Assembly (NCBI GenBank): GCA_012522015.1
Contig: JAAYLD010000026.1
Location: forward strand, 6,694-70,693
Direction of reading: 5' to 3'
Origin: Clostridiales bacterium
GTDB taxonomy: Bacteria; Bacillota; Clostridia; Oscillospirales; CAG-272
DNA: 64,000 bases
Numbering within the stretch: the first letter of the stretch is position 1; each line of letters opens with the position of its first letter. Under the pieces are notes generated by a model. That model did no database searches. It was not told where the DNA came from and saw nothing but the letters and a program-made list of their open reading frames with translations. Made by a program: the position numbers and the translations under genes. Positions 17,799-26,624 of this stretch are shown here, one piece after another.

Positions 17799-18965
17799 TC
17801 AAAGTGATTTTATAAATTTTTCGATTTTTTCAAGCGCAAGAGTTATGTGGCGAACGGAGTAGGCATATGAAATGCGCGCATATCCCTCACCGCACGCGCC
17901 AAATGCCGTACCGGGGATAATGGCAACGCCGCCCTCGTATAAAAGGCGCTCGCAGAAGCGCTCGCTTTTCATGCCGAAGCTGCCGATATAAGGCCAAACA
18001 TAAAAAGCTCCCTGTGGCATAAAGCAGTCTATGCCGATACTGCGCAAACCGTTGACTATGTACCTGCGGCGGCGGTTGTACTCGTTTGTCATTTCAGCGA
18101 TGTCGTCATCTCCGTTTTTCAGAGCTTCAATCGCTGCGTATTGTGCCGTTGTCGGCGCGCACATAATGGCGTATTGGTGAACCTTAAAAATGTGTTTTAC
18201 TATCTCCGCAGGAGCGGCAAGGTATCCGAGGCGCCAGCCAGTCATGGCGTAAGCCTTTGAAAAACCGCTTGCGATGATTGTGCGCTCGCGCATACCGGGA
18301 ATGGAGGCGATTGATACGTGCTGCCTTTCATATGTAAGCTCGGCGTATATCTCATCTGAGAGGATAAGAATATCCGTGTCGCGAAGTACGTCAGCTATTG
18401 CCTCAAGATCCTCCTCTGCCATAATAGCGCCCGTTGGGTTGTTCGGAAAAGGAAGAATTAACAGCTTTGTCTTATCTGTTATTGCAGCGCGCAAATCAGA
18501 GGCAGTTAGACGAAAATCGTCTTTTTGCTTCGTTTCTATTATCACAGGAACGCCGCCCGACAGTCTGACAATAGGCTCATAGCAGACAAAGCACGGCGTC
18601 GGCATTATGACTTCATCACCTGGGTTCACAACCGTGCGAATCGTCAGGTCGATTGCTTCACTTCCGCCTACTGTTACAATTATCTCGTTGTTTGGTGAAT
18701 AATTGAGATTGAAACGGCGGGCGAAGTATTTTGATATTTCAGAGCGAAGCTCGGCAAGACCGCTGTTTGACGTATAATATGTGCGGCCTTCCTCAAGGCT
18801 GTGTATACCTGCCTCGCGTATGTGCCAGGGGGTTACGAAGTCAGGCTGCCCGACAGTCAGCGATACAATATCCTTCACCTCGTCGAGCAAATCGAAATAT
18901 TTACGTATTCCCGACGGTTCTATTCCCAAAACAGCGCGAGATAATAGTTCTGAATAAGGTTTCAT
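17799..18965 (-). CDS. class I/II PLP-dependent aminotransferase (AlaT/AspC-like)
   Basis: 388 aa with NPTG and the PLP-lysine motif SGFSKAYAMTGWRLGY. Its start overlaps the Lrp gene stop by 4 nt. Confidence 0.9.
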   Translation of the reverse strand: MKPYSELLSRAVLGIEPSGIRKYFDLLDEVKDIVSLTVGQPDFVTPWHIREAGIHSLEEGRTYYTSNSGLAELRSEISKYFARRFNLNYSPNNEIIVTVGGSEAIDLTIRTVVNPGDEVIMPTPCFVCYEPIVRLSGGVPVIIETKQKDDFRLTASDLRAAITDKTKLLILPFPNNPTGAIMAEEDLEAIADVLRDTDILILSDEIYAELTYERQHVSIASIPGMRERTIIASGFSKAYAMTGWRLGYLAAPAEIVKHIFKVHQYAIMCAPTTAQYAAIEALKNGDDDIAEMTNEYNRRRRYIVNGLRSIGIDCFMPQGAFYVWPYIGSFGMKSERFCERLLYEGGVAIIPGTAFGACGEGYARISYAYSVRHITLALEKIEKFIKSL

Positions 18966-19441
18966 ATGAAATCGTGACCCCGTTCATCTTTTTCGACGAC
19001 GCCGTAAACAACTCCGTCGTATTTATATTTACGAAGAACAAAGTGCGTTGATGTGGAAAGCACGCCATCAATAGTAGACAGCTTATTCGCTACAAAATTT
19101 GCGACTTCCTTCATCGAGCGCCCTTTTATTACGCAGGAAAGGTCATATCCGCCGGACATGAGCGTCAGGCTCTCAACCTCCGGGTAATTGTATATTTTTT
19201 CGGCTATATAGTCAAAACCGCGGTCGCGCTGAGGAGTAATTTTAATTTCAATAACGGCGCTGACGTATTCACGGTCTGTTTTATCCCAGTCAATGACAGC
19301 ACGGTAGCCTAAAATAATGCCTGTTTTCTCAAGCTGCTCAATTTCAGCGCGAACTTCGTCAACGTCGCGATTCAGCATGACGGAAATCTGCTCAGGTGTG
19401 AGGCGAGCATCTTGTTCAAGAAGTTTCAGTATCTCGTTCAT
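18962..19441 (-). CDS. Lrp/AsnC-family transcriptional regulator
   Basis: 159 aa with an N-terminal HTH_AsnC region (ILKLLEQDARLTPEQISVMLNRDVDEVRAEIEQLEKTGIILGY) and a C-terminal RAM domain. Confidence 0.9.
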   Translation of the reverse strand: MNEILKLLEQDARLTPEQISVMLNRDVDEVRAEIEQLEKTGIILGYRAVIDWDKTDREYVSAVIEIKITPQRDRGFDYIAEKIYNYPEVESLTLMSGGYDLSCVIKGRSMKEVANFVANKLSTIDGVLSTSTHFVLRKYKYDGVVYGVVEKDERGHDFI

Positions 19442-21054
19442 GAAAGGTTACCCCTTTTATGTTTAATTTTTTCAGTTATCTGATCATATGAAAGACCGTA
19501 TTGTGATGCGATATCTCGTGCGTAGCTGCGTCCATCCGGCATCGCACGCCTTATTTTAAAGTTACGCTGTCCGTCGCTTATGCCGGCAACAAGGTTGTCG
19601 ACCTTTACGCCACCCTCGCGTGCGCTGTTTTTGTTGATTTCATCAACTTTTGATGCAAGTTCATGCAGGTGTGTTGAGAAAAGACAGCGACATCCGAGTA
19701 CGGCGAAGCCGGTCAGCACTTCGGCGGCAATATAAGAGGCTTCATAAGCGCCTGTTGATGAAAGAGTCTCGTCAAGTAGAACAAGACTATTCGGCGTAAC
19801 GCGGTCAAAAATTTCTTTTAAGCGTGCACATTCCTCGCCAAGCCTGCCTTTGTCGATCGTGTCCTCGCTTCCCGTCGGGAAGTGTGTATATATACCGTCA
19901 GCGGGAGAAATAACGGCAGAATCGGCAGGCACAGGCATTCCAAGCATAGCAAAGGCAACTGCTTGACCAAGAGCACAGGTAATAACTGATTTGCCACCGC
20001 GGTTTGGCCCTGTAAGAACATAAATCATCGCATCATCGTCAAAAATAAGGTCGTTTTTGACAATATCGTCATCGATGCGCAGTGCGACAACAGGATTATA
20101 AAGATTGTAAAACTGTAAAACGCGCTCGCTCGCCGGACGTATTTCAGGACGGCAAAGTTTCACCCCCCGCTTTTTCAGCGCTGCATTGACGCGCGACGCT
20201 TTTACTACAAATTCAATCTCGGGCAATATTCGCAGAAGAAAATCTGTATTTTCAAGCACATACATCTGTATGACACGGCGCCACGAGTGAATCGAACTTC
20301 TGAAGACATCGTTTATCGCCGAGTAAAAAGCGTGAGCAGTAGCATACTGCTGATTTTCGCTCTGCCCCTTCATGAATGGGGTGAGCGGGGCTATGCACGT
20401 CATATCGTCGCGGCGGAAGTCAAGGCGCAGTATTTTATCGATTACTTCACCGCTCTTAAACGGGCGGGAATTTATTGAAAGAACGCCTGCATAAACCGGG
20501 CGGAGCTGTGAATCAAGGTTGACGCCTACAGTTATGCTTTTTATATCGCGGACGCGCTGTGTCAGTGCGGAGAGTTTTTCATTTAAGTCACGATAATACT
20601 CGCTTTCCGTCAGCTCGTTGATGCGGGTGGCAAGTGTTTTAAATGCCTCGCTTTTAACTTTATCAGCAAGCGGCGCAAAACCGTCGTGCAGTATAGATAT
20701 ACATAACGTGTAAAGCTCTATTTCCGTAATTGAGAAAAGGTACGATTGTGTTTCCGCGGTGCCGACGGCGGTGCCAGCCGCAAGCCTGCGAAGCTCGCCA
20801 ATGTCAAGCAGTACCGGGACAACGCGCGAGAGAGTCTCAGCGATCTCGGGAAATTCGGCCATATCGTCGAAAACATCCTGACGATACCGTATGACTTCAG
20901 GTGCCACTGTGAAAAAGTCAGAAAGCGAGCAGTTTTTCAAATCAAAAAGCAAATCAAGCTCAAGCTGCTCGACTGTTTCTTCAGTGATGTCCGGTAACGG
21001 GGTTGATTCATCATACATTGGCGGATATAAAAGGCTAAATTCGGATAAATCCAT
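19438..21054 (-). CDS. MutS-family ATPase paralogue lacking the mismatch-binding and connector domains
   Basis: 538 aa. The C-terminal MutS domain V carries Walker A LTGPNRGGKS, Walker B LVLLDE, and STHLHEL. The helical core-like N-terminal part shows no MutS-I motif. Confidence 0.8.
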   Translation of the reverse strand: MDLSEFSLLYPPMYDESTPLPDITEETVEQLELDLLFDLKNCSLSDFFTVAPEVIRYRQDVFDDMAEFPEIAETLSRVVPVLLDIGELRRLAAGTAVGTAETQSYLFSITEIELYTLCISILHDGFAPLADKVKSEAFKTLATRINELTESEYYRDLNEKLSALTQRVRDIKSITVGVNLDSQLRPVYAGVLSINSRPFKSGEVIDKILRLDFRRDDMTCIAPLTPFMKGQSENQQYATAHAFYSAINDVFRSSIHSWRRVIQMYVLENTDFLLRILPEIEFVVKASRVNAALKKRGVKLCRPEIRPASERVLQFYNLYNPVVALRIDDDIVKNDLIFDDDAMIYVLTGPNRGGKSVITCALGQAVAFAMLGMPVPADSAVISPADGIYTHFPTGSEDTIDKGRLGEECARLKEIFDRVTPNSLVLLDETLSSTGAYEASYIAAEVLTGFAVLGCRCLFSTHLHELASKVDEINKNSAREGGVKVDNLVAGISDGQRNFKIRRAMPDGRSYARDIASQYGLSYDQITEKIKHKRGNLS

Positions 21055-21324
21055 TGCTAATACACTCCGAAAACTACAGCATCACATGCGAACACAGGTG
21101 AGTGTGAGGTGCATGTGAGCTAATTATTCTGATGATGATCGTATGATTATAACACAAAACACGACTTTTTAAAAGTTTTGATATAAAAATATTCTTACTT
21201 TTTTCATTGTGGCAAATAAACTTTTATGATAATATTATATTTGAGGTATTCTGTTTTTTCATAATTATTATATCAATATTACATCAAGCTGTGAATTTAT
21301 GCCGCTTGATGGAGGGAGCGTTGA

Positions 21325-23349
21325 GTGGCGAAAGGTAAGTCAGATTATGATTGTTATATAAAGACAGAATTTGCTAATATTCCTGTTCGTAGTTATGATG
21401 CCATCGTCGTCGGAAGCGGCGCCGCTGGCTATGGCTGCGCCGTTTCGCTTGCTCAGGGAAGCGTGGGGAGTGGCAGCAATATTAAAATATGCATAGTCAC
21501 CGAGGGAAGGCTGATGGGAACCTCCCGAAATACGGGCAGCGATAAGCAAACGTATTATAAATTGTCGGCGGTGGCCGATTGTGATGATAACGCTCGCGCG
21601 ATGGCACTTAATTTAATGGCGGGCGGTTCAATGCACGGTGATATTGCATATGCCGAGGCGATAGGGTCGCAGAGGGCATTTTACAGGCTCGTTGCGCTCG
21701 GCGTGCCATTCCCGCATAACGAATACGGTGAATATATAGGGTACAGAACCGACCATGACACACGCTCGCGCGCGACATCATGCGGCCCCCTGACATCAAA
21801 ATATATGACTGAGGCGCTTGAGCGCGAGGCAACGCTTCTTGGTGTGCCGCTACATGACGGTTATCGTGTAGTTGCCATTATAACCGATTCAAATGGAGAG
21901 GCGGCAGGCGTGCTTGCCATGGCGAAAGATGAAGCAACAGATGAAAATCCATTTGGACTTAGCATTTTTGCATCAAAAAACATTGTTTACGCCGTTGGCG
22001 GGCCCTCGGCTATATATGTGTCAACTGTTTACCCGGAGAGTCAAACGTGCGCTCTCGGCGCCGCCCTGATTGCCGGTGCAAGAGGAGCAAACCTGACGGA
22101 AAGCCAGTATGGTATTGCGTCCATCACACCGAGATGGAATTTGTCCGGTAGTTATCAGCAGGTATTGCCACGTTACATATCAACTGATTCTGACGGTAAA
22201 AACGAAAGGGAGTTTCTTTGTGATTATTTTGCATCAGCAGGCGAGTATCTCAATGCACAGTTTTTAAAAGGGTACGAATGGCCTTTTTCACCGTCAAAGG
22301 TATGTGACAAAAGCGGCCGGCTTTTATCGTCTGCCGTTGATCTTGCCGTAATATGCGAGGAGAGAAAAGGGCGGCGTGTATTCGTGGACTTCACACGCAA
22401 TCCCACCGGACTTATGCGCGGCTGTGAGGCAGACATTTCACTTGCGGGAGTTGTTGCCTGCGAGTACCTTGAGAGGTGCGGCGCTACAGGCGGCACGCCA
22501 ATATCGCGTCTTGCCCGCATGAATCCGAAGGCTATTGAGCTATATCGCTCGTATGGCGTCGATTTATATAAAGAGCCGCTTGAAATTTCAGTCTGTGCTC
22601 AGCACTGCAACGGCGGGCTTGAAGTTGACATGTGGTATGAAACTACTGTCCCCGGCCTTTTTGCAATCGGCGAGGCTGCAGGCGTTTTCGGCGTTAGCCG
22701 CCCGGGCGGCAGCGCTCTCAACTCAACTCAGGTCGGCGGAATCCGTGCGGCTGAAAAAATACTTTCACGGCTCAGAGCGGGCAATGCCACGCCGCCAACA
22801 CTCGCACCTGATGATATTTACCGCATAACACCGGATATTTTTCTCCCAGGACGCGGATGTATATTATCACGTGATGATATTATGCGCAAGCGCGACCAGT
22901 ACGCATCAAAAATGACGGCGGCCGGGGCTGTTTTCCGCCGCGCAAAGGATGTCGCGAGCGCTCTTGACTTTGTAAGGGCGGAAATAGCTCGCTTTGGTGA
23001 TTACGGTGCCGGAACATTTGATGAGGCACGCGAGCTTTCAATAAATCGTGACATTTTATTAACGCAGTTTGCATTTTTGTCGTCAATATCCGCCTATATA
23101 GAAGATGGCGGTGCTTCAAGAGGCTCGTATCTTGTAACAGAGCTGACACCGGAGGAGATTTTGCGTCAAAGAAAGCCGATAAAAATTGACACCGCTCACA
23201 AAAAATTCGTATTGTCTGTCGCTATGGATAGCAGGGCATCGGTTGCAAAGCCAATTTGGACGCCCACAAGACCCCTTCCCAAGAAGAGCGAATACTGGTT
23301 TGAAACAGTATGGGCGGATTTTGAAAACGGTGCCATATACAACCGATAA
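21325..23349 (+). CDS. FAD-dependent oxidoreductase, fumarate reductase / L-aspartate oxidase superfamily
   Basis: 674 aa with a GTG start after GGAGGGA. Dinucleotide fold YDAIVVGSGAAGYG, and the late FAD motif GLFAIGEAAG...GGSALNS. Confidence 0.75.
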   Translation: MAKGKSDYDCYIKTEFANIPVRSYDAIVVGSGAAGYGCAVSLAQGSVGSGSNIKICIVTEGRLMGTSRNTGSDKQTYYKLSAVADCDDNARAMALNLMAGGSMHGDIAYAEAIGSQRAFYRLVALGVPFPHNEYGEYIGYRTDHDTRSRATSCGPLTSKYMTEALEREATLLGVPLHDGYRVVAIITDSNGEAAGVLAMAKDEATDENPFGLSIFASKNIVYAVGGPSAIYVSTVYPESQTCALGAALIAGARGANLTESQYGIASITPRWNLSGSYQQVLPRYISTDSDGKNEREFLCDYFASAGEYLNAQFLKGYEWPFSPSKVCDKSGRLLSSAVDLAVICEERKGRRVFVDFTRNPTGLMRGCEADISLAGVVACEYLERCGATGGTPISRLARMNPKAIELYRSYGVDLYKEPLEISVCAQHCNGGLEVDMWYETTVPGLFAIGEAAGVFGVSRPGGSALNSTQVGGIRAAEKILSRLRAGNATPPTLAPDDIYRITPDIFLPGRGCILSRDDIMRKRDQYASKMTAAGAVFRRAKDVASALDFVRAEIARFGDYGAGTFDEARELSINRDILLTQFAFLSSISAYIEDGGASRGSYLVTELTPEEILRQRKPIKIDTAHKKFVLSVAMDSRASVAKPIWTPTRPLPKKSEYWFETVWADFENGAIYNR

Positions 23350-23425
23350 CGCTGTTAATTTTAGATTAATTAGATTAATAAGTAGTTATGATATTCTTAT
23401 TTATTTTTTTATATGTAACAAATAG

Positions 23426-23453
23426 TTGACAAAATATACATATATGGTAATTA
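23426..23453 (+). promoter_or_regulatory. candidate sigma-A promoter of moxR
   Basis: TTGACA (23426-23431), 16-nt spacer, then TGgTAATTA (23445-23453). The TTG used as a start codon by the ORF track is the first triplet of this -35 hexamer. Confidence 0.45.
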
Positions 23454-23527
23454 AAATGTTAATAATGAGTTCAGTTTTTAAGGAATCCTCGATAAAAAGA
23501 TACAGTTTTACAAAAAGGAGACGAGCA

Positions 23528-24565
23528 ATGCCTGATATCACACAAAAGCAAGCAGAAGACATAATAACAGAGGCATCACAAGAGTCGCAGGAAACTCAGT
23601 TGACACAGGATGAGGCATACTCAATTTTTAAGGCACTCGTTGCAGAGGTTGATAAGGTGATTATTGGAAAACACCCTGAAATTATACTTATAACTTCTGC
23701 GCTTTTAGCGGGCGGCCATGTTCTCATCGAGGATGTGCCCGGAGTTGGGAAAACGACACTTGCATCAGCACTTGCAAAGGCAGCGGGCCTTTCTTTTAAA
23801 CGCGCGCAATTTACCCCTGACGTTATGGCATCTGACATAACCGGATTTAATATTTACAACCGTAAAACGGAAAGCTTTGAATTCCGCGAAGGGCTTGTTA
23901 TGTGCAATTTGCTTCTTGCCGACGAAATCAACCGTGCCTCTCCTAAGACACAGTCGTCTCTACTTGAAGCAATGGAGGAATCACGCGTTACCGTTGACGG
24001 TAAAACATATACGATCCCAGATCCTTTCATGGTCATAGCAACGCAAAACCCGGCGGGTTATGTTGGTACTTATCCGCTCCCCGAAGCTCAGCTCGACCGT
24101 TTTATGATAAAAATAGCGATGGGATATCCTACACTTAACGAGGAGATTGAGATAATCGACAGCCGACGCGAGAATAACCCTCTTGCTGATGTGAAAACTG
24201 TTGCTGATGTTGCAACTATCAGAGGCATGCGTAAACATATTTCCTCGATTAAAGTTGATCCCAAAATCTATAAATACATCGCAACTCTCGTACAGGTTAC
24301 GCGCACTCACCCGCTTATATCGCTTGGCGCCAGCCCGCGTGCATCTGTCGCTCTTATGCGCATCTCACAGGCGTTTGCTTTTACGCGTGGGAGGTCATAT
24401 GTGCTGCCGGACGACGTTGCTGCAGTATATACGCATACAGTCGCCCACCGTCTAATTCTGAAGCAGGAAGCGAAGCTTAATCGCATCTCAGCAAGAGATA
24501 TATTGACGGAACTGAGCCGTACGGTTGATGTGCCGTATGTAACAGAGCGCGAACAAAAGAAATAA
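23528..24565 (+). CDS. MoxR-family AAA+ ATPase
   Basis: The ATG at 23528 lies 7 nt after AAAGGAGA. Walker A EDVPGVGKT, Walker B LLADEINR, and ATQNP...PEAQLDRF. Confidence 0.9.
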   Translation: MPDITQKQAEDIITEASQESQETQLTQDEAYSIFKALVAEVDKVIIGKHPEIILITSALLAGGHVLIEDVPGVGKTTLASALAKAAGLSFKRAQFTPDVMASDITGFNIYNRKTESFEFREGLVMCNLLLADEINRASPKTQSSLLEAMEESRVTVDGKTYTIPDPFMVIATQNPAGYVGTYPLPEAQLDRFMIKIAMGYPTLNEEIEIIDSRRENNPLADVKTVADVATIRGMRKHISSIKVDPKIYKYIATLVQVTRTHPLISLGASPRASVALMRISQAFAFTRGRSYVLPDDVAAVYTHTVAHRLILKQEAKLNRISARDILTELSRTVDVPYVTEREQKK

Positions 24566-24604
24566 TAGCCGACACCCACGCGCGGGAGCCGGCAGATTAA
24601 TGCC

Positions 24605-24636
24605 GGGCCGCAAACGCGGCCCGTCTTTGGATTTTT
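24605..24636 (+). terminator. intrinsic terminator/attenuator between moxR and the DUF58 gene
   Basis: GGGCCGC-aaac-GCGGCCC (24605-24622) followed by GTCTTTGGATTTTT. Confidence 0.55.
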
Positions 24637-24819
24637 ACATAAGCAGCGGAGATAGAACGAAACAGCGCACAAATGGGCGCTATAGTGCTCAAGTAACGCT
24701 ATTGTAGCGCTGCAAAAACACCGCTGGCGTTTCCATGATTATTATTATCGCCCCCCTGATATAACGCTCAACTCCTCTTTTGAGCCAGGGGCAATTACAT
24801 GTGTACAAGGACGCCATAG

Positions 24820-26523
24820 ATGAAAACTATGAAAACAATAAAAGCAGATAATGTTATTAAGCAAGAGAATATAACGCGACATCGGTTTTCCGTTTGCCGG
24901 AACTTTATTATGTATATATTTCTCCTTGCGTTCGCCATCATTTTCACACAGGCGTTGCGTTCTCCAGTATCGAACGTACTTTTCTGGTTCATGTTGCTGT
25001 TGCCAATCGGTCTTTTAATTTATACTGCAACAGGACTTAATGCGATACGTGTTTACGTCACATCAAAAGAGACAACGGCCGTAAAAAACGAAATCGTTTC
25101 GTATGAATTCCGTATTATAAACGATTCAATAATCCCGTATCCATTTGTCGATGCGCAGCTATCAATACCGAGCGAGGATGGCGTCAAGTGTGTAGACAGA
25201 ATTGTTTCTATGTCACTGATACCGACAGGCTGTTACATCTTTGAGAATAAAATGCGCTTTCGGTATCGCGGCAGCTATCGTGTTGGTGTTGCTAATATAT
25301 ATGTGCAGGACTTTTTCCGTATATTCCGCCTACGCCTTACTGTTGATATATATAACGATATTTATATATTACCACGCCGCATTCCGCTTGAGCGGAGCAC
25401 ATACAACGCCCCCTCCGATATGCCGACAGACAGCAATGTGATTGTTCGCGGCAACGAGTCAAGCGAACGGAGCAATATTCGTGAATACCGTACGGGAGAC
25501 TCGCTCAAGCATATACACTGGAAGCTTTCCTCAAAAATGCAGGACATTCAGGTAAACGAGTATATGCCCAACACAGGTAAAAACGTTTACATCTTCTGTG
25601 ACTTTGCCCAGCTGCAGAGCAGCGAGGAGAAGGAAGTCAAAAAAGGGCGGGTGGAAAGCAAGCAGAAGAAAGAGAAAAACAAAAAGAAACGTGTCAAAGT
25701 TAAGCTGAACCCGGCATCACCGCGTGAGAAAAGCCAAGAAGAACGCTTCGCTGACGCTGCATATGCGGCAAAGGCTGTTGCCAAAGCAAGGGAAGCGTTG
25801 AAACAAGAGGGCAACGCTGATGAGACTTTTGCCGCATCGGAGACGAAGAATATATCAGTTGACACATCCAACACCGGTACTTCCGATACAGATACAATAG
25901 CAAATACTGATGCTGATAAAGATGTCGTTTTAAGTGAAGATAAAGATAACGATATTAAGCGCGACAACGAGAGGTTTGGTACGAAGAATTCAAAGGACAG
26001 TATTTCATACGAGAGTTATTTCGCACGCGCGAACGATATCTTCCCCGAACATAAGAATGATATGGATTATTTCTGTGCAGATGGCGTGTCAGAGCTTGCA
26101 ATCGGTGCTGCCCTACGTGAAATTGCTGAGGGTAACAACGTCACTCTTATGTGGTTCGACAGCCGCGCCGAGAGTGGCTACGCCAGTTATATGCTGCGTT
26201 CTTATGCTGACATTGATGCTGTGTTCAAATATTTTGCAACAGCTCCGCTTGCGCCATATGAATGTAAGGTAACACGTTTGCCTGATTTGATAAGTGACGT
26301 TCAGAATCCGACATTCTTATTTGCTACAGCTGCGGTTTGCATTAATAATACGGAGGAATTTGCCAATGCGGCAAATAGAATGGGGGCCGAAAGGACAGAA
26401 ATATTGTTTTTTAATCCAATGGAGCGCTATCAAAATCCCGAGCTTAGACGCGAATATATCGAAGTTTGCCGCTCTCAGCTTGAGTGGAGCAATATTACCC
26501 TAAACGAAACACGTATTGCATGA
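24820..26523 (+). CDS. DUF58-family protein (vWA-like) with a long low-complexity insertion
   Basis: 567 aa. Two N-terminal TM segments and the DUF58 signature REYRTGDSLKHIHWKLS. A K/E/D/T-rich stretch of about 150 aa follows VYIFCDF, before the fold resumes. Confidence 0.8.
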   Translation: MKTMKTIKADNVIKQENITRHRFSVCRNFIMYIFLLAFAIIFTQALRSPVSNVLFWFMLLLPIGLLIYTATGLNAIRVYVTSKETTAVKNEIVSYEFRIINDSIIPYPFVDAQLSIPSEDGVKCVDRIVSMSLIPTGCYIFENKMRFRYRGSYRVGVANIYVQDFFRIFRLRLTVDIYNDIYILPRRIPLERSTYNAPSDMPTDSNVIVRGNESSERSNIREYRTGDSLKHIHWKLSSKMQDIQVNEYMPNTGKNVYIFCDFAQLQSSEEKEVKKGRVESKQKKEKNKKKRVKVKLNPASPREKSQEERFADAAYAAKAVAKAREALKQEGNADETFAASETKNISVDTSNTGTSDTDTIANTDADKDVVLSEDKDNDIKRDNERFGTKNSKDSISYESYFARANDIFPEHKNDMDYFCADGVSELAIGAALREIAEGNNVTLMWFDSRAESGYASYMLRSYADIDAVFKYFATAPLAPYECKVTRLPDLISDVQNPTFLFATAAVCINNTEEFANAANRMGAERTEILFFNPMERYQNPELRREYIEVCRSQLEWSNITLNETRIA

Positions 26524-26624
26524 GATAAGCCTGCGCGTGGGCAACAATGCAAATCTACCGGCAAGTTTTGACGCTTTATACGTTAGACTAAAGATAAAAA
26601 AGCTATTAAAATGCAAAAGGAGGG

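Noticed and set aside
23426-23527. N-terminal extension of moxR given by the ORF track. The same issue applies to the track starts 3669, 12381, 49239, 54322, 54791 and 55563.
   Set aside because: The TTG at 23426 is the first triplet of a TTGACA -35 hexamer, and a perfect AAAGGAGA-ATG follows at 23528. In the other cases an internal start has an SD and/or matches the conserved family N-terminus (MCGF for AsnB, MFVDK for Obg).
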